Shown here: positions 54,659-64,000 of the stretch, in pieces | How the letters are laid out: each line of letters opens with the position of its first letter | Numbering within the stretch: position 1 is the stretch's first letter | NCBI RefSeq assembly: GCF_963921235.1 | Contig: NC_086108.1 | Coordinates: 2,914,001 to 2,978,000 of the forward strand | DNA: 64,000 bases | Origin: Mobula hypostoma | Lineage: Eukaryota | Direction of reading: 5' to 3' | Notes under the pieces: generated by a model | Seen by the model: only the letters and a program-made list of their open reading frames with translations | What the model was told of the DNA's origin: nothing | The model's database searches: none | Translations under genes and position numbers: made by a program

Positions 54659-55161
54659 AGGCTGACTTATACTTGTGCGTCAACTCGACACCGTAGGTAC
54701 GGCATCGCCGCGAACTCTACATGGATCCCCACACCGTAGCCCGACAGGCACCTCTCCCAAAATGTAACTATGCGTTGCAGCAACGCAGACCGCAACAACC
54801 GTGATTGGTCCGCCTGGTAGCGTCGCATTTCATCCTACGCTGCAATAGCTTCCCATTGAGTGACTGAAGGGCAGGGAAGGAACTCTGGCTGCAATGCTTT
54901 CCATAAAGCTTTACAGACCTCCGAAATTATGGAGGACACATTTCGCTTTTACGAAAAAAGGCGCTCGCTTTAAACTTGTTTACCCCGAGAAAGACTACCA
55001 TGACCATGAAGCCTTGCATGGGCAGGTGTGTGCGCATGCGTGACGTGTGCGAATTGCAGAGCGACACATACACACCAACGCCCAAGTATAAATGCTCGCA
55101 ATGGCTTAGGCCACTTGCGTAGGCTACGGTGTCGAGTTGATGCAGAAGTATAAATCAGCCT
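54659..55161. mobile_element. PIF/Harbinger-like MITE, copy 1
   Basis: TIR AGGCTGA.TTATACTT.TGCGTCAACTCGACACCGTAG; flanks TTA/TCA. Confidence 0.8.
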
Positions 55162-55469
55162 TCAGGCTGCTTATTTCATTATAATCACTAGATTTAGTTT
55201 CATTTGGGTTTTTTAAAATTATTACTAGACTGTTCATCTTTGCTGGTTACTTAAAACTTCATTATTTTGGAGCGCATCATACAGTGTCACCCTCCCCCCA
55301 GCCCCTTGCTTAGTGTCTGCTTGGTTTTGATTTGTTTCCAAGTAACCATTACACCAATTAATTAAACATCATTCCACCTGCTCTCAATCAAGTACAGTCA
55401 AGTTTACTGTCTGCTAACTACTAAGATAGGTAAGAAATTCAAGTTATTAGGCATTGGGCAGTTTTACCT

Positions 55470-55900
55470 GGCTCCATCATCAGCGACCCTCACACTTGGG
55501 ACATGCTCCATTTTTGCTGCTGTCATCAGGAAGAAGGTACAGGAGTCTCAGGACTCGCACCACAGGTTCAGGAACAGTTATTACCACTCAACCCTTAGGC
55601 TCTTAAACCAAAGGGGATAACTTCACTCAACTTCACTTGCCCCATCATTGAAACGTTCCCACAACCAATGGACTCACTTTCAAGGACTCTTCATCTCATG
55701 TTCTCAATATTTCTAATTTATTTATTATCATTTCTTTATTTTCGTATTTGTATAGTTCGTTGTCTTCTGCACACTGGTTGAACGCCCTAATAGGATGGTC
55801 TTCCACTGATTCTGTTACAACTTCTGTTATGGTTATTATTCTATAGATTTATTGAGTATGCCCACAAGAAAATGAATCTCCGGCTGACACTTACTTTGAA
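55470..55900 (+). mobile_element. Rex1-type LINE 3' end with a single (non-tandem) copy of the 95-bp segment
   Basis: Similar to 8150-8520. Confidence 0.75.
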
Positions 55901-56084
55901 CTTGAACTATCTAAGTCTCTTAAATGCATCCACATCTACTATCACCCCCTGTGTAAGTCAAGTTTATCATCATTTAACTATATACATGTATATGGTCAAA
56001 TGAGATATTTCTCCGGATCAGGATCTAAAGCACAGCGGTATACATTACAGACATGTAGCATACAATAACTTGGGAAGTAAGGAC

Positions 56085-57610
56085 AAGAACATATGAAAAA
56101 GGAGCAGGAGTAGGCCATCCGGTCCATCGAGCCTGCCCCACCACTCAATAAGATCTCATGTTTACCAACATTGTATTCCATCTGCCAGACCCTTGCCCAC
56201 TCACTTAACCTATCTATATCCATCTGCAGACTTTCCACATCCTCTCTACAATTTGCTTTTCCACTCAGTATAGTGTCATCAGCAAATTTTGCTACGCTAC
56301 ACTCAGTCCCCTCTTCCAAATCATCAATGTAAATGGTAAACAGCTGCAGGCCCAGCACCGACCCCTGCGGCACCCCACTCACCACTGACTGCCAACCAGA
56401 GAAACACCCATTTATACCAACTCTCTGCTTTCTATTGGTTAACCAATCCACTATCCATGCATCCGTATCTTATTTATAAGTCTCTTGTGCTGCACCTTAT
56501 CGAACACCTTCTGGAAATCCAAGTCTACGACATCCACCTGTTCCCCTCTATCCACTGCACCCATTATGTCCTCACAGAACTCCAGTAAGTTGTCAAACAG
56601 GAGCTGACCTTTCTGAATCCATGCTGTGTCTGTCTAATGGAACCACTCCCTTCTAAATGTTTTGCTATTTCTTCCCTAATGACAGCTTCAAGCATTTTCC
56701 CGACTACAGATGTCAAGCTAACTGGCCTATAGTTGCCCGTCTTTTGCCTACATCCTTTTTTTAAAATGTGGTATTACATGTGCTATCTTCTAATCCGCAG
56801 GACCTGCCCAGAGTCTACAGAGCTTTGATAAATAATTACCAACGCGTCTACCATAACCTCCACCAGTTCCTTCAGCACCCTGGGATGCATTCCATCAGGA
56901 CCAGGGGACTTATCTACCCTCAGGCCCTCTAGTTTGCTCATCACTATCTCTTTAGTGAACAGTGATTTTATCGAGGTCCTCACCTCCTATTTCGTCCATA
57001 ACATCCTTCTTTGCCATATTAGACGTGTCCTCCACTGTGAAGACTGACACAAAATAGTTGTTCAATGCCTCACCCATTTCCTTATCACCCAATAACAATT
57101 TCCCCTTAACGTCTTCCAAGGGTCCTATGTTGACTTTAGCCACCCTCTTCCGCTTTATATATTTATAAAAACTTTTGCTATCTGTTTTTATCTTTTGTGC
57201 TAATTTACTTTCATACTCTATCAGATTGAGGATAGAGGGGAAGCCTTTTAGGACTGAGATTAGGAAAAACTTCTTCACACAGAGAGTGGTGAATCTGTGG
57301 AATTCTCTGCCACAGGAAACTGTTGAGGCCAGTTCATTGGCTATATTTAAGAGGGAGTTAGATATGGCCCTTGTGGCTACGGGGGTCAGGGGGTATGGAG
57401 GGAAGGCTGGGGCGGGGTTCTGAGTTGGATGATCAGCCGTGATCATAATAAATGGCGGTGCAGGCTCGAAGGGCCGAATGGCCTACTCCTGCACCTATTT
57501 TCTATGTTTCTATGTTTCTCTTTCCTTATTTCTTGTTTAGTTGTTCTCTTGCTTTTTAAAGTTTTTCCAATCCTCCAGTCTCCCACTACTCTTTGCGACT
57601 TTGTACGCGA
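56085..57610 (-). mobile_element. CR1 ORF2 fragment, nested in an older Rex1 copy and interrupted by a young CR1 3' end (57225-57517, +)
   Basis: DKSPGPDGMHPRVLKEL, GVPQGSVLG, KFADDT; the insert is nearly identical to ~49420-49712. Confidence 0.85.
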
Positions 57611-58183
57611 GCTTTTAATTTGAAAATATACAAATGAATCACACATATATAAACAAAGTAAAGTGCATAAATTAAATACTGTCAGGTACAGAACAGTTTA
57701 ACTGGTGATACTACAAATGCAATGCAGCAGGGAGTTCAGAAGCCTAATGACCTGAGGGAAGAAACTGTTTCCCACCCTGACCGTTCTTGTTTTTATGAAT
57801 TGGAGTCTCCTGCCTGACGGTAGAAAATTAAAGAGGATATAAGATGGATGGGTGGATTCTTAAAAATACTGAAGGGCCCTGTGTACGCAGCGCTCCTGAT
57901 AAATGCCCCCGATGGACGGTAGGGAAACCCCTATGATCTTCTCAGCCATTCTCACGGTCCTTTGTAGGGACTTCCGATCCAATGTCCAATGTATTGAATC
58001 CCAAAGAATTAAAACCCATTCCCACTTATTCTGATGGTGTAAACTGCCAAATGACTCCTCATTCAAATCAACCATTATCCAGTAATCAGTACTCAAAAAA
58101 ATCTACTGACTGTCTCACTGTAAAGTTCAGTGCAAATTCATTTCTCAACCAGCAATGTTTTGACATCAGAAAGTTCATCTTAC

Positions 58184-58247
58184 CTCTGTCTAATAATATC
58201 CAGCTCTTCGCCAATTTGCAAATGACCCTTGGGCTCAAAATCAAATT
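58184..58247 (-). CDS. SARS2: SARS2 coding exon (~exon 6), 64 bp
   Basis: (E)FDFEPKGHLQIGEELDIIRQ(R); polypyrimidine ttttctag| acceptor, |gtaaga donor; phase fits both neighbours. Confidence 0.95.
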
Positions 58248-59472
58248 CTAGAAAACAGAAGGAAAAGATCAGAATGGAATTGTGAAATTGCAGGCCATTA
58301 AGGCTAAAGATTACCTTTATTTGTCACGTGTACATCGAAGCATGCTGTGAAATGCACTGTTTGTGTCAAAGCAAATCAGCAAGGATTGTGGTGTCATTTG
58401 CATCGAGAATGTGCTGCAGGTAAGCCGCAAAAGTTGCCATACTTCCTACAGCACATAGCATGCCCACAACTTACTAACCCTTACTCATACGGCTTTTGTG
58501 GGAGGAACCAGAACACCCAGAGGAAATCCACGTGGCCACAGGGAGAAGGTACTGACTATTTAAAGACAGTGAAACACAATCTTACAGCTAGGCACTGTAA
58601 AGCATTAAATTAATCATACCAGTGCACTTACAGTGTTATGTAGTGACTGCTTAAACGCTTGACTGCTGTAGCACTTTAAGGACTTCATTTATGCACATTG
58701 CGTAAATCACTGTGATCAGTTACAATTAAATTCCGCAAGTCAGTGACATGTTTACAAGTTTCAAGCTCAAGATCAGAATTCCGGTAGAATAAACCTATCT
58801 TTTAAAACCACATTTTGCTTCAACCTGTGGGCAAATGCGAGATTAGAAATGCGACAGACACACTGAAACTTAATTTGTCAATGAAACTTTCAGATTTTGA
58901 CCCATATTGAACCCAAGGTTATTGAGGGTGCAAAACTGGACTGCATGGTAACGTAGTGGTTAGCATAACATTTTATAGTACAGACGGTGCAGGTTCAATT
59001 CCCACCCAATGCCCATAAAACTTTGTACATTCTCTCTGTGACCGCGTGGGTGTCGTCCCTTAGTCCAAAGACACATGGGATGGTAGATTAATTGGTGATT
59101 GTAAATTGGTTAATTTGAAGTATCGCTATTTAAAAAAAAACTTGCCAATATATTTATTTATTGAGATACAGTAACATAGACCCTACTGGCCCTCCAAGCC
59201 AAGAGCCCAGCAATCCCCCGATTTCATCCTAGCCTAATCACAGGACTATTTATTATTATTATTACATATTTTCTCTCTCTTTTGTATTTGCACAGTATGT
59301 GGTCTTATACACATACTGGTTGCTTGTCTTTGTTTTATGCGTTGTATTAATACTACTGTATTTCTTTGTATTAACAATAATTGCATGAAAGAAAAGGAAT
59401 CTCAGGGTTGTATATGGTGACATAAATGTATGCATTTATTAATAAATTTACTTCAAACATTGAAATGCTCAC

Positions 59473-59527
59473 CTGGTTTGTCACCAACCACTTCAACCAC
59501 GACAGCCTGACTTTCATCACCTACAGG
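59473..59527 (-). CDS. SARS2: SARS2 coding exon (~exon 5), 55 bp
   Basis: PVGDESQAVVVEVVGDKP (human PVGDESQARVLHMVGDKP); ttggaag| acceptor, |gtgagc donor. Confidence 0.95.
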
Positions 59528-59656
59528 CTTCCAAGATAAGGAGAATAATTAGAAATCAGAATAACAATGGGAACAAGTTTGGAGACAGATGGTTTCTCCC
59601 AATTCGGCCTCCCCTATATAGGTGAGCTCCCCACTAATCTCCATCCAGCAGCCTAA

Positions 59657-60159
59657 AGGCTGATTTACACTTGTGCGTCAAATGGACACCGTAGCCTGTG
59701 CAAGTGCCCTACGCCATTGTGAGCATTTATACTTCTGCGTTGGTGTGTCTGCGTCGCTCTGCAATTTGGGCACGTCGCGAATGCGCACACACCTGCCCGC
59801 ACAAGGCTTCATGGTCATGGTAGTCTTTCTCGGGGTAAACAAGTTTAAAGCGAGCGTCTTTTCTCGTAAAAGTGAAATGTGTCCTCCATAATTTCTGAGA
59901 TCGGTAAAGCTTTATAGAACGCATAACAGTTAGGGTTCCTTCCCTACCCTTCAGTCGCCTAATGGGAAGCTATTGCAGCGTAGGAGGAAATACGATGCTA
60001 CCAAGCGGACCAATCACAGTTGTTCGGTCTGCGTTGCCGCGACGCATAGTTACGTTTTGGGAGAGGTATGCATCAGGCTACGGCTTAGGGATCCACATAG
60101 GCTCTGTGTAGGGTTCGCGGCGAACGGCATCGAGTTGACGCAGAAGTATAAATCAGCCT
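59657..60159. mobile_element. PIF/Harbinger-like MITE, copy 2, inverted relative to copy 1
   Basis: Same TIRs; TAA TSD at 59654-59656 and 60160-60162; interior is the reverse complement of 54659-55161. Confidence 0.85.
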
Positions 60160-60634
60160 TAAGCGCTACACCTTCTCCCCCTCCTCCATTCACAGCCCAA
60201 ACAGTCCTTCCAGATGAGGCAATATTTCTCCTGCAAATCTGCGAGGGTGTTTTTAGAGTCCAATACTGTCAATGGGGGCTCATCTACATAAGTGAGACCT
60301 GTCGTAACTTGGGGGATTGCTTTGTCAATCTAATTACTGTCCTCTTGTTAAAAAAAATGTATAAAATTACTTTGGTTGAAACATAAGGTTAAAGTTATTT
60401 TTCCAGGCGATACTGGGCTGGAAATACATCTCTTGCAAGTAAAACAATAAACGCATTAATAATGTGATCCACTCTGAATTTGTTGTAGTTTGTTACTTTA
60501 TATTAGGAGACCTAGCTGAACAGCACATGGCAAATGTCAATAACTCTTGCCCGTGTGTGTCTTATCAGGCAGAATAATAAAGAGATGGTCCATATGACAC
60601 ACCCTTTTCATTCCTGAAGGGCATCAGTGAATCA

Positions 60635-61185
60635 TAAACACGAGATTCTGCAGACGTTGGAAATCCAGAATAATCACACAAAAAGGTTTGTACATCATTG
60701 AGGACCCCCATCACCCAGGACATGCCCTCTTCTCATTGCTACCATCAGAAATGAGGTACCGAAGCCCGAAGGCACACTCTCAATAACTCAGGAACAATTC
60801 AGGATAATTCAGCAACTCCTCTACCATCAGATTTCTGAATGAACATTGAACCCATGAACACTACCTGACTATCTTTTTAATGTTTCCACTACTTAAACTA
60901 TTTAATATAATATAGTTACTGCCATTTAGATTGTTTTCTCTATTATTATGTATTGCATTGTACTGCTGCGGCAAAGTCAGCAAATTTCATGACATATGCC
61001 GGTGATACAAAACCCGATTCTGATTCTAAATACTGGAGGAACTCAGCAGACCAGGCAGCATCCATAATAAGCAGTCGACATTCTGGGCCGAGATCCTTCA
61101 TCAGGGCTAATATCAGCTATTTATTCTTCTCCATAGATGTTGCCCGACCTGCTGAGTTCCTCCAGCATTTTGTCTGTGTTACATC
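60635..61185. mobile_element. Penelope pLTR remnants with a nested Rex1 3' fragment (~60690-61028)
   Basis: pLTR motifs in both orientations around a degenerate hammerhead at ~61072-61108. Confidence 0.65.
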
Positions 61186-61269
61186 GGTGAATCAGATAGG
61201 CACAAATACAAATGCAGAGCGACTCGCAGGTATACAGGAATGAGTTTTAAACAGATACACACAGCTTAC

Positions 61270-61410
61270 CACACTTGGATGAGTCCAGTTGGGTAGTTTC
61301 AATGCTTTCAGAAAGAAGCGTTCATCCAGCTCACTCTCTTGATGATATAGTATATTTAATTCTGAACGAATTTCCTTCCCCCTGCTTCGCAGCCTTGAGA
61401 AATCAGGATG
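61270..61410 (-). CDS. SARS2: Mitochondrial seryl-tRNA synthetase coding exon (~human exon 4), 141 bp
   Basis: Encodes HPDFSRLRSRGKEIRSELNILYHQESELDERFFLKALKLPNWTHPSV, matching recalled human SARS2 ...LRARGREIRKEL...QALKLPNQTHPDV; acceptor aaacag| and donor |gtaagc; phase 0/0. Confidence 0.95.
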
Positions 61411-62689
61411 CTGTTTCCAATAGTAAGATGTACAGTACATTAAGTTTAAAAATTCATCCCTTAACAGCCACTTTCATACAATGATCCACACTGGGCTTTG
61501 TCTTTCATGCTCACTTTACCAAACAAACAGCAGTGCACTACAGTTCAAAGCTTCGTTTATTATCAAACAATGTACATATGCAACTTTGAAATTGGTCTTC
61601 TGCAGATAGCCACGAAACAAGGAAAAGCTACGCAAGTCATTCAGAGAGAAACATCAAACCTATCCCCCCGGCACAGAAAAGGAATGGCATCCCAAAAAAA
61701 CTAACAAAATGCAACAAGAACATTGACCCCAAACCCTCCTCCCTTCATACAACAAAACAAAAAAGAACAGGTGAAAACACAGAATATAAAAACCATAAAA
61801 CTGAAAAAAATCCACAGTCCATTAACACAGCCCAATCCGTAAAAGCAGAATCTCGGTAATATCATCCTAAGGAATGGCCTAATTCTGCTCCCATGTCTTA
61901 TTGTGTAAACAAAGGTGAAACAGTAGAGATTCTACAGTTGCTTGGATAGAAGTTGTCCTGGTGAGTCTGGTGGTGCATACACTACCATCTTGCTCCTGAC
62001 CCCTTGCACCATTATCCAATAGTGTGGCACCATCTTCCATAAAACCTTAAGACGAATTAGGCCATTCGTCCCATTGTGTTTACTCCATCATTTGATATCA
62101 TGGCTGATTTAATGATGAAATGGTGGAGCAGACTCGATGGACTGAATGACCTAATTCCATTCCTGTGTCTAACGGTCTTTTGTTACCCTGCACACAATTT
62201 CAGCCAGGTTTCTGCATCTAAACTCAATAAAGCATCAGGCTATGGGGAAAAGAGTGAAAGGTAGGATTAAGATTACAGGCAGGTGCTTAATGGCCTCCTT
62301 CTATACTGTAATAATTCATCAGAATCTATATTTGCAAACCCACCAACCCATCAATTACTTATCCAATCCGATCCCACTCAATCTTTCCTTTGCCTCCAGG
62401 GCCCATTTCAGGCTGAAGTCGCGACAGGCACTGAAGGACCATTCAGGAAGAGAAGCGCAGACGTAGACAGGCCTCCTGCATTTGTTTAGTTAAATATTCA
62501 TTTGTTGCATGCTTACTTCTTCAGTCTTTTAATATGAGGAAATTTGATGGAATACCCATTAAGTGTAACTAATTGTTCACAAGACAACTCAGGAGCAGGC
62601 TCACAATGTTGTGCCAAACCAGCTAAAAACCAAATCAAAAACACCCAATCACTAATCCCTCCTACCTACAGCAAGTCCATATCCCACCA

Positions 62690-63410
62690 TCTTTCGCATA
62701 TTCATGTGTCTATCCAAATGTCTCTCAGAAGCCTCTACCATAATACCAGGTATCCGTGACACGGAGTAAAAACCTTACCCTCACATCCCCTCTGAACGTA
62801 CCCCTTCTCACCTTCAATGCACACCCTCTGGTAATGGGCATTTCAACCCTGGGTAGCAGATACTCTCTGGCCACTCTATCTATGCCTCACACAATCTTGC
62901 AAACCTCTATCAGATCTCCTCTCAGCCTCTGATGCTCCAGAGAAAACAACCCAAGTTTGTTCAGCCTCTCATGATAGCACATGCCCTCTAAACCAAACAG
63001 CATCCTGGTAAACCTCTTCTGCACCCTCTCCAAAGCCTCAACATCCTTCCTATAGTGGGGCAACCAGAACTGTATGCAACACTCCAGATATGGTCTAACC
63101 AAAGTTTTATAAACTTGCAACATAACCTCTTGACTTTTGAACTCAATGCCTCGATTAATAAAAGCACACTTTCCATAAGCCTTCTTAACCACCTTATTGA
63201 CCCGTGTAGCCACTTTCAAGGAGCAATGAACTTGGATCCTAAGATCTCTCTGCTCAGCAACATTGATAAGGATCCTTCCCTTAACAGAGTGCTGTCTCCT
63301 CGCGTTTGCCTAGCTGAGGTGCAGCACCTCACATTTATCTGGGTTAAACTCTATCTGTTTATTTCTCAGCCCATATCTGCAACTGATCTGTATCGTGTTG
63401 TATTCTTAGT
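62690..63410 (-). mobile_element. CR1 LINE fragment
   Basis: VYKTLVRPYLECCIQFWLPHYRKDVEALERVQKRFTRML...RLRGDLIEV. Confidence 0.85.
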
Positions 63411-63834
63411 CAGTATTCTGGTTTTGTATAGTTTAAGGTAGTTCAGATAAACATTTGGTCATTTATAAATAAATAGTTAACATGCCCATTAGCAATCTGA
63501 GCCTTCTGTTTCATTCACTAGATCTTCAAATCTGAAAAACCCCCACCCATGTTACACCCCTCTACTTGCCAGGCATTCTTTCTTTTCCATACCACCCCTG
63601 CTAACCCTCCCCAAACTCACTGTCTCCTCAGTGTCTTCTCTCTGCACTGGACGAAGTTGTGCCAGAAGAGCCCATTCTATAAAGTGTGATGCTTTGAGTT
63701 TCACACATGACAGACCAGCAGAGCCTCCCCTTCAGGAGGGGCTCCTCTACACGTCATACCAAGAACTCTTATGGGCCTAGTTCCATCAATGTGACGTCTC
63801 TTGCCCAGATATTAGCCCACAAGGTAAAGATTAC

Positions 63835-64000
63835 AAATACAAGAGATTCTGCAGAGGCTGGAAATCTGGAGTAACACACACAAAATCCTGGAGGCACTCA
63901 GCAGATAGGGCAGCACCTATTGAGAGGAACAGATAGTCCAAGGTTCAGGCCAAGACCCTTCATCAGAACTGGAAACGAAGGTGAAGAACTCAGAAAAGAA
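63835..64000 (-). mobile_element. Penelope pLTR fragment running off the window end
   Basis: Similar to 35255-35380; GAAA of the hammerhead mutated. Confidence 0.7.

Noticed and set aside
61480..61509. Candidate 30-bp SARS2 exon 3
   Set aside because: Poor acceptor, no recognisable similarity and a very short implied intron; exons 1-3 and 12 onward were not found in the window

Overview
Eukaryotic (vertebrate; probably a cartilaginous fish judging by its repeats, an inference) genomic DNA, largely intronic and dense with transposable elements. The one host gene I can support is mitochondrial seryl-tRNA synthetase (SARS2) on the minus strand: eight coding exons (equivalent to human exons 4-11 by recalled protein homology) with GT-AG boundaries and consistent phases, spanning 61410 to 3086. 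The introns hold Rex1/Babar, CR1, L1 and HERO-type LINE fragments, Penelope-like elements (PLEs) with minimal hammerhead ribozymes, Tc1 transposons, hAT and PIF/Harbinger MITEs, V-domain SINEs and a solo LTR. The standout is a ~10.3 kb array of a 26-bp unit (11481-21756). Its unit is the junction between a PLE terminal-repeat end and a telomere-like GGGTTAGG site in the SINE it inserted into, and the same junction is present once, inverted, at 10811-10846. On the SARS2 transcript strand every unit reads as a near-consensus 5' splice site. Exon numbering and TE family names rest on recalled motifs, not database searches; TE boundaries are approximate unless a TSD or TIR is cited.
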